A stretch of DNA of 63,022 bases, filler included, from Octopus bimaculoides (lineage: Eukaryota), in the NCBI RefSeq assembly GCF_001194135.2. It is 5 parts of 5 records of this genome, joined end to end, with 100 filler letters (N's around TTAATTAATTAA, not from the genome) between each part and the next. Parts side by side here need not be neighbours in the genome. Positions count along the whole stretch, not along the records: positions 1 to 10,338 come from NC_069007.1; positions 10,439 to 31,848 come from NC_068981.1; 3 more parts are not named here. One strand, written 5' to 3'. Position numbers and translations under genes: made by a program. Positions 1 through 12,262 of the stretch are shown here, piece by piece. Under the pieces are notes generated by a model. It did no database searches and had not been told where the DNA came from. It saw only the letters and a program-made list of their open reading frames with translations. Numbering within the stretch: the stretch's first letter is position 1; each line of letters opens with the position of its first letter.

Positions 1-320
1 TCAGCTTATAATTATCTTCAGAAATGTTTGTTTGCGATATGATGTAGTTCATTAATTTTGTGTTTGTTGTGTATATCGCTGATAGCATTGTGTGTGTTTT
101 TGTGATGTTGGTGCTGGTTTGTTTGTGCAAGGGGCTTTCAGCGGTTACATTTTATCATCACCAACATAACCCTCATCAACAAAACTCCTGCTGTTTTTTT
201 AGTTGCTGCTGTTGTTGTTGTTGTGGTTGTTCTCTTCTTTTTCTTATTTTTCTTCTTCTCCCCTCTTCATCTACCTCACCTTCTACTTTTCTACGTCTCA
301 TCCTATCCATCTCGTCGTCG

Positions 321-322
<2 letters not shown>

Positions 323-376
<54 letters not shown>
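323..376. repeat. (TAT)n microsatellite; further (TAT/AAT)n tracts at 1337-1360, 2023-2080, 7344-7485, 7838-7940, 10674-10742, 11255-11325, 12001-12058, 25205-25254, 25798-25878
   Basis: Directly visible tandem trinucleotide runs. Confidence 0.98.
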
Positions 377-1335
377 GCGCAGACACGTTCATAGGTTATG
401 CCACCTGCAACGATTTCTGGACGGTGAGCGTGTGTGGGCTCGTTTCTGAGGCTCGTCTTTCCGCAGTCCTTGGTGAAGAAAAGAGCAAGACTGGACCCTG
501 TCACCTAGAAGGTCGTCAGGCGCTCACAACCCCCTACGAGTCAGGCAGTGGCATCGACGCATGTTCTACGTTAGAAATTTATAGAGGATTAGTTGCAGAA
601 AAGTACGATTACGTTTTTGCGGAGACTCTAGCTGCCGACGAAAACGAATTTGCTAGACTGTTCCAGGAGACTTTCCGGTTGGGAATTATCATGGATAATT
701 TCCAGATATCCTTGGCCTGGTAGCGCTGCCGCGGGGCGCTACCGGTTCGTTATAGACTCTCGAACACTCAGAGGGGCTTTTTCGAGGTGCACGCGGTGAT
801 GAACCCGTTCTGCACACCTTCGTTCAGTATCTGAATATTGCTGGCTTGTGAGGTTATGTTGAACAGCTATTGTCATGTGTGGGATTAATCCGTCTTTCGG
901 CCAAGTCCGTAGTGAAGATTGCCCCACCGCCCTTCTTCAATCGGGAAGGCAAGGTAGTTTTCCCTTGCTTGATAGCAGTAGCGAATGCAGCTGTTTTGTG
1001 GACAAGGCTGAAATGCATACGGGCAGATATATTTCGCTTTGGTAGAGCTTTCAGTGACTTCTTCAAGTTACACTTGAAAATCAAATTGAGGGTGGAGAGG
1101 AAGTGTTGTCCTCGAGAGAGTTTATTTAAAAATACGTGACAGTTGCGAAAATGGCAAGAATGGATGGTACCTCTCTAAATTGTGTCCTATGCATCCGAGA
1201 AAGGAAATTGGAGAGGCCACTTGCTCTTGTTGTTCAGAGAAATATCGGACAGTGGGTTTCCTCAATTATCCCTTGAGGTCATCCAGTATCAGGAGAGCTA
1301 CATCTCTATCATCCCCACTTCTTTCAACCTTGCAG
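377..1335 (+). mobile_element. Degenerate Tx1/L1-clade non-LTR retrotransposon 3' fragment (ORF2 C-terminus with zf-RVT-like region, plus 3' UTR)
   Basis: Joining frames across stops and shifts gives ...RLCHLQRFLDGERVWARF...TLEIYRGLVAEKYD...MDNFQISLAW*RCRGALPVRYRL...EPVLHTFVQ...YVEQLLSCVGLIRLSAKSVVKIAPPP...LWTRLK...FFKLHLKIKLRVER, which matches the W-x-ALP...C..C...ET..H...C..W pattern of L1/Tx1 ORF2 C-termini. (TAT)n lies on both sides. Family assigned from recalled motifs. Confidence 0.7.
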
Positions 1336-1360
1336 GTTATTATTATTATTATTATTATTC

Positions 1361-2022
1361 AGTAGTTTTATTTTTATAACGTGCTTTCACTTCACTACCG
1401 AGCGCAGCTCTGTGCGCCTTGGGTATGTGCTGTGGTTTGCTGTGGTGCTCTTATGTTTACTGTATTGAAAGTGTTTTGCGTAGAATGTGTGCAGTACCCA
1501 GTAGTGCAATTTTCTGTATGTTATATATATTTGTAAGTCCTGCTATTTTTGTTATGTATTTGTCTGAATATTTTTTTATTATACCTAAGGCACCTACTAT
1601 GATAGGAATTGTTTCTGTTTTTAGATTCCACATTCGAGTTATCTCTATTTCCAGGTTTTTGTATTTTNNNNNNNNNNNNNNNNNNNNNNNNNNNNNNNNN
1701 NNNNNNNNNNNNNNNNNNNNNNNNNNNNNNNNNNNNNNNNNNNNNNNNNNNNNNNNNNNNNNNNNNNNNNNNNNNNNNNNNNNNNNNNNNNNNNNNNNNN
1801 NNNNNNNNNNNNNNNNNNNNNNNNNNNNNNNNNNNNNNNNNNNNNNNNNNNNNNNNNNNNNNNNNNNNNNNNNNNNTTCTCTATCTGTGTGTATTGGCAT
1901 ATCCCAGAGTATGGTTGCTTTCTCGTTTTCTGTGACCTTTTCTGGCGTGTGTTTATACCATCTTTTTTCTGTTGTTATTCCATAATGTTGGCATAGCTTC
2001 CAGTGTATATAGGTCCCAGTAT
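1361..2022 (-). mobile_element. R4/Dong-like REL non-LTR retrotransposon 3' fragment (spans an N gap)
   Basis: ORF 1457-2119(-): IHWKLCQHYG...WYKHTPEKVTENEKATILWDMPIHTDRE...KYKNLEIEITRMW...IPIIVGALG...IQKIALLGTAHILRKTLS, then a short 3' UTR and an (AAT)n tail. These are hallmark C-terminal REL motifs (ILWD..I.TD, KY..L, P..VGALG, LGT..ILR). Confidence 0.85.
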
Positions 2023-2024
2023 TA

Positions 2025-2082
<58 letters not shown>

Positions 2083-2167
2083 GGTAGTGAGCGGGCAGAA
2101 TCGCTACCGCGTCGGTCAAAATGTTGAGTGGTATTTCGTCAGTTTTTACGAATAGTAGTAGTAGTAT

Positions 2168-2209
<42 letters not shown>

Positions 2210-3288
2210 AATTATTATTACTATTATTAGTGTTTCTATTGGTAGTGTTTCTAGTGGTGGTTGCTGTGTATTATAAATATCATTTTACTCTTATCTTTAT
2301 TATTATTACGTGAGTAGCAGGGGCAGAAGTAGCAGCATGAGTCGTGGAGGGAGTAGTAAGAGGGTTAGTGTTTATGCAGCTCTTGTTTTTGTAATGAATA
2401 TTAGTAAAAGAAGAGAAATAAATAACATTTGCATTTCTTTCAGATACGAGAGTGAAAGAGGGGGAGGAGGAGATAGAAGAAGACAAAGAAAGAGAGGGGC
2501 AGGAGTACTAAGGGTGAGAGAGCAATAGAGATAGTGAGGGAGGGGGAGAGATAATGTAAGAGAGACTGAGAGAAGATGTGTGAGAGAAAAATAAGCAAAG
2601 AAATACACAGCGAGATGTGGAAATATGAGAGGGAAAAATAAAGAGAGGGAGAGGGAGAGAGAGAGAGAGAGAGNNNNNNNNNNNNNNNNNNNNNNNNNNN
2701 NNNNNNNNNNNNNNNNNNNNNNNNNNNNNNNNNNNNNNNNNNNNNNNNNNNNNNNNNNNNNNNNNNNNNNNNNNNNNNNNNNNNNNNNNNNNNNNNNNNN
2801 NNNNNNNNNNNNNNNNNNNNNNNNNNNNNNNNNNNNNNNNNNNNNNNNNNNNNNNNNNNNNNNNNNNNNNNNNNNNNNNNNNNNNNNNNNNNNNNNNNNN
2901 NNNNNNNNNNNNNNNNNNNNNNNNNNNNNNNNNNNNNNNNNNNNNNNNNNNNNNNNNNNNNNNNNNNNNNNNNNNNNNNNNNNNNNNNNNNNNNNNNNNN
3001 NNNNNNNNNNNNNNNNNNNNNNNNNNNNNNNNNNNNNNNNNNNNNNNNNNNNNNNNNNNNNNNNNNNNNNNNNNNNNNNNNNNNNNNNNNNNNNNNNNNN
3101 NNNNNNNNNNNNNNNNNNNNNNNNNNNNNNNNNNNNNNNNNNNNNNNNNNNNNNNNNNNNNNNNNNNNNNNNNNNNNNNNNNNNNNNNNNNNNNNNNNNN
3201 NNNNNNNNNNNNNNNNNNNNNNNNNNNNNNNNNNNNNNNNNNNNNNNNNNNNNNNNNNNNNNNNNNNNNNNNNNNNNNNNNNNNNNNN

Positions 3289-3340
<52 letters not shown>

Positions 3341-4144
3341 GAGAGAGGGGGGAGAGGGAGATAGGGAGAGACACAGAGATAGAGACAGAGACAGAGACAG
3401 AGAGAGAGTGAGCGGAGGCGATAGATAGAAGGTATGTATGTGTGAATGGACAGAAAGGGACAGAGATGGACAGACAGACAGACAGACAAACATGCTGACT
3501 GACAGACCGACAGAGACAGTGAGAGAAGCTCTATCGAAAATTCTTAGATAATCCCGGTCAGAGTCAACATCGATTCAAGAGGTCAGGGTTTAAAAGTCCG
3601 CACAAAGGATGATCCAACGTTTGAATAAGCAGGGGATGTCTTCAGTTCAGTAATTCAGAAAGTCTTCGGCGATAGTCAGAAGGAAATGCACAGAGAAAAT
3701 GCCTTGAACATTTCCACAGATTACTGCCATCACGCCATGCGCGGCGTTGATGTGTGTGGACCAGCTTCGAAGGATCAAACGTTTGGAGAGCGATTCGGTT
3801 TCATTCAAAAGATTTATTTTTCTTCAAATATCGAACACAATGATACGGAGATACACAAACGCTCATAATTCCATAAATATTTATATCCGTAGATACATAT
3901 ATATACATATATATACATATGTATATATACATATGTATATAGATGAATACATGCATAGACACGCGCACACGCGACGCACAACAAATATACATACGGAAAT
4001 ACATACTGATCAACACATATTGACACCCATATCTTCATTTACATATATATATATATATGTGTGTGTGTATATGCATATAAATTGCACATACACACAGACA
4101 CAAACACACACGTCACGTATATGTACTCATGTATGTGTGTTTGT

Positions 4145-4363
<219 letters not shown>

Positions 4364-4393
4364 AAGAGATAATTTCATTTTGGAGATTCTTCC

Positions 4394-4726
4394 TATATAA
4401 ATACCTATCAAGACCACCAATGTGATTCACATCTACTGAATCCACCAAATGTTCAATCCCTGTTAATGTTAGAACGTTGAGGCGCGCGGATTCGTGGTTA
4501 ACGTGTTGCACTCATGAAGATGAAGTTGTGGTTTCACTTCTTAGAGCTGGCAATGCGATGTTTTCTCGAGCAAAACATTTCGTTTCACTTTGTGCCCGTG
4601 CTCCCGTGCACTCTGTTCGCAAAGGTATCCTGTCACGGAGCGCCCGTGTGCACTGTTGGTGATTTTCTTTCTCTGTCTTCCCGTCTTTGGACTTTTCCTA
4701 TATTCCCGTCTCTTTCGAGGGTGAGT
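4394..4726 (+). promoter_or_regulatory. Candidate TATA box and first exon ending at a GTGAGT donor
   Basis: TATATAAA at 4394-4401; CpG-containing non-repetitive sequence downstream; GAGG|GTGAGT at 4720/4721. Motif evidence only. Confidence 0.2.
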
Positions 4727-5265
4727 ATTCTAGGTGTGTCTATTTGAACTCTTGGGTAATCCACTTCAGAAGGAGGGTTTTCCGTTATGTTTAAACCTAA
4801 GCAAAATCACAACGACAGTGACTGACATGACAGGATTTTTGAATAATAGGTATAGCTCATCCACCTTGCTTCCATAAACATTCTATCTAAACAATTCCAT
4901 TTACGAATTTTCAACCAAACTAAAGCAATGATAAAAGATATACCCCCATGATACCACGCACACGGATCGAACCAAAGACCGTGTGATTTCTAAGCATTCG
5001 TCTTAACCATTGCTCTGTGTCTACATGTAGTCATAATGCAGACATATTTCTTTACATTCATGTAGCAAACAAATACTGAGTAAAATCAGACACGCACACA
5101 AACACCTACACATATGTGTATGCACACGTTTCTATGTATATACGTATGCATAATATATATATATATATATATATATAGTCATATTTATATACATATTTAT
5201 AATCACCAAATATATACATACATATACATCATATATGTGTGTGTATGTATGTGTGTGTATGTATG

Positions 5266-5297
<32 letters not shown>

Positions 5298-6019
5298 CGC
5301 ATGACAAATTCAATTTTCTCTGACAGACGATAGCAGCGACAGATTTATACAGAACCACCGTCGCACAAAAGGAAGACACTAAAACAAAGTTAAACACGAT
5401 GTAATAAAAATTAAAAAATAGCAGAGAAACATTGATGGCTAAGAAAAAAAATTCTCAGTGAGCGCAACGATAGTAGATTCGCCATTTTGTTTATTTTCTT
5501 CTGAAATACATCAATCGAATCAAAAATTAATTGTAAAAAAATGGGACCAGTATAGTATATTGTATGTATATGCAGGTTCATTTTTATATCGAGTGGTTTA
5601 TTGTGTGCATAGGAGTACATGTGTGTGAGAGAGGTCTGCCTTTCTTTTGTTTATTTTGTGTATTTGTGTATGGGATGGTAGCTAAGTGTTTTTATGTGTC
5701 ATTTTGTATGTGTGTGTATATGTATATGTGACTGGGTATATATGAGCTATTTGTATGTATATCTTGCAATTCTCTGTGTATGAGTATGTGTGTGTGTGTG
5801 TGTGCTTGTGTGTGTGTGTGTGTGCTTGTGTGTGTGTGTGTGTGCTTGTGTGTGTGTGTGTGTTTGCTTGTATGTGTGTGATATGGCATGGAAATATCTG
5901 ACCCAAGTCCTCCCACATCGGTCTTTGATTTTTACGTGTGTAACACACACGCACATACACACGCACACGGATATAAACACTCATAGACACATAAATAAAT
6001 ATATGCATTTATACATGAA

Positions 6020-6050
<31 letters not shown>

Positions 6051-6339
6051 TATATATGTATGTATATATATATATGCACACGCATACGTACATATCTATC
6101 GTCACACAGATGCGTGCATATATACTTATACACACATACACACACACATACATACATATATATGTATATACATCGTTAGGCTGTTATTTTTTTCTTCTAT
6201 CAAGTTATCTGTTCGTTTTTTCTTTATCTTTCTACTTCAGTGGCATGCAATAACGCAACATCACCAAAGCAAAACCCCCTACAAAGACAAAAACAAAAGA
6301 CAAGCCAAAGAATATTTAAAAAAAGAAAAAACGAAAATA

Positions 6340-6653
6340 CAGCACGATAAGAACAGCAACAACAACAACAACAAAATAGACAACGCCACTAAAAACACCA
6401 TTACCAACAACAACCAGAATATTCACAATATAAAACGGCAACAAAAACTGCAACAGGGGACAGGGGCAACAGGGTCAGCAGCAGCAAGAGTATTGGCGGC
6501 GGTGGTGATACTAGTAGTAGTAGTAGTAGTTGTAGTAGTAGCAGCAGCAGCAGCAGCGGTTGTAGTGGTAGTAGTAGTAGTGGTAGTAGTAATAGTGGTA
6601 GTATTAGTAGTGGTAGTAGTAGTGGGAGTAGTAGTAGTAGCAGCAACAGCAGC

Positions 6654-6705
<52 letters not shown>

Positions 6706-6951
6706 ATAGTTAATGGTAATGGTGACGAGGATGGCGACGATTCTGATGAAATATGATGATGATGATGATGATAATGATGGTGGTGGTGGTGGTGGTGGTG
6801 TTGATGGTGGTGGTGGTGATGGTGGTGGTGGTGGTGGTTATAATGATGATAACTGTGATGATGGAGATGATGATGATGATGATGATTATTGTGATGATGG
6901 TGATGATATTGGTGTTGATGCTGTCGTTTTTGCTGCTGCTGCTGCCGATAG

Positions 6952-6993
<42 letters not shown>

Positions 6994-7015
6994 CGATGAT
7001 GATGATGATGATGAC

Positions 7016-7046
<31 letters not shown>
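6340..7046. repeat. Compound trinucleotide low-complexity tract (AAC, GTA, GCA, GGT, GAT, GCT, GAC)
   Basis: Directly visible; produces the spurious poly-V, poly-D, poly-M and poly-S ORFs. Confidence 0.95.
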
Positions 7047-7341
7047 GTGAAGTTACATTAACTTGAAACACAACTCTGACCAGTGCATGAAAAACAAACC
7101 AAAATAACAACAACAACAACAGAAATAACAATACAAAGAACCGACAATAATAAACTGCAAGAAGCGCAACTGTTTGATGGGGAAAAAAATATACAAAACA
7201 CACACACCAAAAAAAAAATTTGAATAGAATAAATCAAAAGAACAAAAATTAAAAACGCTCCACGGGAAAAAAGAAACAAAAAAAAAACAAACGGAAGCAA
7301 CAAACGCAACAACAAGAAGAGCAACTACAACGACAACAACA

Positions 7342-7378
<37 letters not shown>

Positions 7379-7426
7379 TTAATAATAATAATAATAATGA
7401 TAATAATAATAATAATAATGATGATG

Positions 7427-7482
<56 letters not shown>

Positions 7483-7485
7483 GAT

Positions 7486-7587
7486 TGTTTAAAGTTTGGC
7501 AGTAAACCAGCAAGTTGGGCGGAGTGGGTAAGTCGATTAGATCGACCTCAGTACGCAACTGGTACTTATTTCATCGACCCCGAAAGG
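7486..7587 (-). mobile_element. tRNA-derived SINE family 1 (core CTTTCATCC...GGTCGATAAAATAAGTACCAG), 3' part, cut by a gap
   Basis: CTGGTACTTATTTCATCGACCCCGAAAGG is the reverse complement of the core seen at 46319-46351. Confidence 0.75.
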
Positions 7588-7837
7588 NNNNNNNNNNNNN
7601 NNNNNNNNNNNNNNNNNNNNNNNNNNNNNNNNNNNNNNNNNNNNNNNNNNNNNNNNNNNNNNNNNNNNNNNNNNNNNNNNNNNNNNNNNNNNNNNNNNNN
7701 NNNNNNNNNNNNNNNNNNNNNNNNNNNNNNNNNNNNNNNNNNNNNNNNNNNNNNNNNNNNNNNNNNNNNNNNNNNNNNNNNNNNNNNNNNNNNNNNNNNN
7801 NNNNNNNNNNNNNNNNNNNNNNNNNNNNNNNNNNNNN

Positions 7838-7870
<33 letters not shown>

Positions 7871-7873
7871 GTA

Positions 7874-7928
<55 letters not shown>

Positions 7929-7941
7929 TAATAATAATAAT

Positions 7942-8170
7942 TGGCTCTCATGGCTTCTGATCTTAACTGATTGGAAGTATTACCATGTACATTGTTTTGT
8001 CTTAGTATAAAAGATGGGCTACAGCAAATATTTTGCTTAATACCACAGATTTGCTTGTCAGTTGTTTGACCTTAATCACTTGAGCATGTCCCTTAGTACC
8101 TGACGATATGCGCATCTGTAGGTACCCACTGCAAGGTCATGCGGTGTTTATCTTGATATGAGATCACCAT
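7942..8170 (+). mobile_element. Non-coding (TAA)n-associated interspersed element, copy C (internally deleted and truncated)
   Basis: Reverse complement of parts of 10743-11254 and 25255-25791 (e.g. ACAGATTTGCTTGTCAGTTGTTTGACCTTAA and GCAAGGTCATGCG.TGTTTATCTTGATATGAGATCACCAT); follows (AAT)n. The strand label is a convention, chosen so that copies A and B end in (AAT)n. Confidence 0.8.
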
Positions 8171-8233
8171 CCCACTCACAAGGCTTTGGTTGGCCCAAGG
8201 CAAGAGTAGAAGACACTTGCCCAAGGTGCCACG
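8171..8233 (-). mobile_element. tRNA-derived SINE family 2 (CORE-like), 3' half
   Basis: Reverse complement reads CGTGGCACCTTGGGCAAGTGTCTTCTACTCTTGCCTTGGGCCAACCAAAGCCTTGTGAGTGG, matching the body of 29874-30020. Confidence 0.75.
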
Positions 8234-8253
8234 TAGTATATATGCATATGTAA

Positions 8254-8350
8254 GCACAGGCGTGGCTGTGTGGTAAGAAGATTCCTTCCCAACGACATGG
8301 TTCCGGATTCAGTCCCACTGCGTGGCCCCTTCGGTACTTGTCTTCTACTA
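8254..8350 (+). mobile_element. tRNA-derived SINE family 2, 5' half
   Basis: Pol III box A-like TGGCTGTGTGG and box B-like GGATTCAGTCCC; homologous to 29874-30020. Confidence 0.75.
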
Positions 8351-8358
8351 TATGCATG

Positions 8359-8392
<34 letters not shown>

Positions 8393-8499
8393 TAATTATA
8401 TATATACACATGCGTTCACACACACACACACATATATATATATTCATGTGAGTCTGGCTGTGTCCAACAGCACAGGTACAAAATCGGTGTTTGCAGTTC

Positions 8500-8635
8500 G
8501 TGAACTAGCGGTTCAAGAAAAAGTACCGGTTAGAATGAGTATTTGGCTTAAGATTGTGTACTGGGATCGATATGTTCGACCAAATATGGTGGGTGTCCCA
8601 ACCTAGTCGCAGTCCACTGAGTGGAGCAAGTGAAA
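8500..8635 (+). mobile_element. Highly degenerate SINE-like tail fragment
   Basis: AAAAAGTACCGGTTAGAATGAGTATTTGGCTTA...GATCGATATGTTCGACCAAA...GTCGCAGTC...GAGCAAGTGAAA resembles an abundant octopus SINE tail recalled from memory; no second copy in this window. Confidence 0.3.
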
Positions 8636-9175
8636 TATATGGCAAACGATAACCGAAGGGAGATATATCGATAGGCGGACGAAAATCTGAAGCCTGAAGT
8701 GGAACATAAATGCATACTAATTTTGCGACTGAAGCAAACTATAAAATAACATATGCCCCCTGATAACCTTAAAGTTGTTTACGCTGAATTAGTAATTGAA
8801 CCTGTTGTCATGATTTAAGTGACGGTCTTAAAGCTACTCTTTCATATTGCGATGTATCATGGTAGAATAAGTAAACTTTAGATATAAGGTTATACACTCA
8901 CCCAAATATACACATACACACACACACATATATATATAGGCGTTTGTATGTGTGTATAAGGGGGTAGGTGTACATATACCCTCTTATATACGTCATATAT
9001 AATATGATTGTAGGTGTATAAATTTCATTATGTGTTGTTTATGTTGTACGCATTTACCTTCAGCAAAATTCATCAATATTAGTGTGAAAGGTCGAAAAGA
9101 CACATGCGCACATGCACAGGAACACATATGTGAAACTTGCATGTGAATATATCTGATTATGTATATACATGTGTG

Positions 9176-9207
<32 letters not shown>

Positions 9208-10283
9208 NNNNNNNNNNNNNNNNNNNNNNNNNNNNNNNNNNNNNNNNNNNNNNNNNNNNNNNNNNNNNNNNNNNNNNNNNNNNNNNNNNNNNNNNNNNNN
9301 NNNNNNNNNNNNNNNNNNNNNNNNNNNNNNNNNNNNNNNNNNNNNNNNNNNNNNNNNNNNNNNNNNNNNNNNNNNNNNNNNNNNNNNNNNNNNNNNNNNN
9401 NNNNNNNNNNNNNNNNNNNNNNNNNNNNNNNNNNNNNNNNNNNNNNNNNNNNNNNNNNNNNNNNNNNNNNNNNNNNNNNNNNNNNNNNNNNNNNNNNNNN
9501 NNNNNNNNNNNNNNNNNNNNNNNNNNNNNNNNNNNNNNNNNNNNNNNNNNNNNNNNNNNNNNNNNNNNNNNNNNNNNNNNNNNNNNNNNNNNNNNNNNNN
9601 NNNNNNNNNNNNNNNNNNNNNNNNNNNNNNNNNNNNNNNNNNNNNNNNNNNNNNNNNNNNNNNNNNNNNNNNNNNNNNNNNNNNNNNNNNNNNNNNNNNN
9701 NNNNNNNNNNNNNNNNNNNNNNNNNNNNNNNNNNNNNNNNNNNNNNNNNNNNNNNNNNNNNNNNNNNNNNNNNNNNNNNNNNNNNNNNNNNNNNNNNNNN
9801 NNNATATATATATATATATACATGAATATGCCTTGACGAGGTGTGTGCGATTTTCTGTATAAGCATATGACTAAATATTTATATGCCTACACATTTTTTC
9901 TGCACGTATATACGTATATATTCACATGTGTGTGTGCATGTGTATATGTGTGTGTGTGAGTGTGTGTATGTGTATGTGTGTGTGTCTATATTGGGTAATA
10001 TGTAATGAACGTGCACATTACTAGTGTATTGATATGTGGGGATTTCTGTCGATGTGAATACGATTGCACAAAATACACATTTCTGTGAAATATGACTTAC
10101 GCTCACACACGAAAAGACAACGTGTTGCGCCGTAGGCTATTGTTCACAAATTTCTTATTTGGTTTCAATTTCTCAGAGAAGCAACTGCTAATCGAATTAT
10201 GCCGGAGTACAATGCAATCATTCTTTCTTACTTATTTCATGATCACCTTCTTTTTCTCGTCTCTCTTTCTCAATCTTACTCTC

Positions 10284-10338
<55 letters not shown>

Positions 10339-10438
10339 NNNNNNNNNNNNNNNNNNNNNNNNNNNNNNNNNNNNNNNNNNNNTTAATTAATTAANNNNNN
10401 NNNNNNNNNNNNNNNNNNNNNNNNNNNNNNNNNNNNNN
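10339..10438. other. Artificial scaffold spacer 44N-TTAATTAATTAA-44N (also 31849-31948, 47254-47353, 59248-59347)
   Basis: Four identical 100-bp constructs; the 12-mer gives stops in all six frames. Confidence 0.95.
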
Positions 10439-10668
10439 GCTATTTATTATTGATGTTGTTTTATTGTCTATTTTGATTTTTGGGAGATATAATCTGTGGT
10501 TCATTCTAAGATCTGTGGTTTTCAGTTCTTTGGTTATTTTCATTTTCATAGTATCGTAATTATTAGGTTTCCCTTCGTTATTTCCAGGCTTTATATTTGT
10601 TTTGCACGTTCAGATCTTCGTATTTTTTTCGTAACAAGCTTACAGTACGCACTTCTCGGTTGTTATTC

Positions 10669-10742
<74 letters not shown>

Positions 10743-11254
10743 GAGTAAGAGAGCTATGCATGCCATCAAAGTAACACTGGGGTCAAATATACGAATCTCA
10801 GTATACCAGTCATGACTACCCATCTGATAAGAGTAAACCAGGCACATGCATCACGGCCATATGTGCGCGACATAGTGATCTTATATCAAGATAAACAGCA
10901 CATGACCTTACAGGTGGGACCAAGTTAGAATTTTCTTCAGGTCGAGTAGCCCATCCCGCTCAAAAGGTCCCTGAATAAGATTTGTTTAAGGATGATGATC
11001 AAAAGATCCATGTTTCCAGTGGAGAATTATCCAAACCTCAAAGAATTCCTCTCAACACATGGCTACGATGCTCCCCCACTACTTCTGCTCATGATCAGAG
11101 ATGCACAAATCGTCAACCACGAAGGGATATGCTCAGCTGGTTAAGGTCAAACAACTGACAAGCAAATCTTCGGAATTGAGCAGAATATTTGCTGTAGTCC
11201 ATGTTTCATACCAAGCCAAAACATGTACATGATAACAGATTTAAGATCTGAAAC
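10743..11254 (-). mobile_element. Non-coding (TAA)n-associated interspersed element, copy A
   Basis: Colinear with 25255-25791 along its length; (TAT)n on both flanks; no long ORF. Confidence 0.85.
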
Positions 11255-11324
<70 letters not shown>

Positions 11325-11385
11325 GTTGTTGTTGTTGTTGTTGTTTCTGTTATTGTTGTTGTTGTTGTTATTGTTGTTGTTATTC

Positions 11386-11945
11386 CTTCGTAACACAGTG
11401 TAGTTAAAAATGCACCGGAGTCTTTAGTCCTCTGTCAAGTCAAAACAAGGACCTCAGACAGATAATACTTTCCTTAAGATATACACTGTGCCCAATAAGG
11501 CTGCTTTTTGCAAGGCATAAACTTTGCATGGGATTTCCAGTTGCCTTAAAAAGTCTTGAAGTTTCAATGAGATTGAGCCCAACGTTCCGGTCGCCACTGC
11601 TATCACTTTTACATTACCCTCTCGCATTCTATTCAGTCTTGCGATTTTCTCTTTCAATTCGGAGTACTTGGTGATTTGTTCAACTGCTTTACATTAATGT
11701 CATTTGTTATGGCTACATCAATGATCTGACAGTATTTGTCTCTCTTATTCAATATGACAATATCCGGCTGACAGTGTTCGATTACACGATCCGTCTGAAA
11801 ATCCTAGTCCCAGAGTATCGTTACCTTTCCATCCTCCTGCATAACTTTATTAGGTACATACTCATACCAGTTCTCTGTTAATTCATATTGGTATTTACGG
11901 CATAAGAGCCAATGAAGATACACACATACTTTATCATGGCGGCGT
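11386..11945 (-). mobile_element. R4/Dong-like REL retrotransposon 3' fragment (second, divergent lineage)
   Basis: Minus-strand translation: WYEYVPNKVMQEDGKVTILWD*DFQTDRVIEHCQPDIVILNKRDKYCQIIDVAI...KEKIARL...VIAVATGTLG...LQKAALLGTVYILRKVLSV; tail of (AAC/AAT)n. Confidence 0.85.
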
Positions 11946-11999
11946 TTGTATTGTTTTTGTGCAAACATACAAACAAAAATACAAATATAAAAATAATAC

Positions 12000-12059
<60 letters not shown>

Positions 12060-12065
12060 GGACTA

Positions 12066-12262
12066 GTGAGGATCGAATTGGCAAAATCGTTTGAACATCG
12101 AACAAAATGGAGACTCTTGTATTGAACTTGTATACACCGATGTCAACTTCAAATTTCATCGCTTCTTAGTTGATAAAATTAAGTAACATCAGGCACTGGG
12201 TTCGATAGTATTGATTACTCATCTCCTCTAAATTCCAAGCCTGTGCCTATCCCAGAAAACTC
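12066..12262 (+). mobile_element. Degenerate SINE family 1 copy
   Basis: GAATTGGCAAAATCGTT head, ...TTTCATCGCTTCTTAGTTGATAAAATTAAGTAAC...GCACTGGG core and CCAAGCCTGTGCC tail are colinear with 46221-46405 and 51630-51840. Confidence 0.55.

Noticed and set aside
6493-7203. Poly-Asp/Gly, poly-Val, poly-Met and poly-Ser ORFs (e.g. 6713-7066, superficially like an acidic biomineral protein)
   Set aside because: All frames are translations of pure trinucleotide microsatellites with no codon degeneracy, no signal peptide and no splice context.
10383-10394. Recurrent TTAATTAATTAA palindrome
   Set aside because: Synthetic scaffolding linker inside fixed-length N runs.
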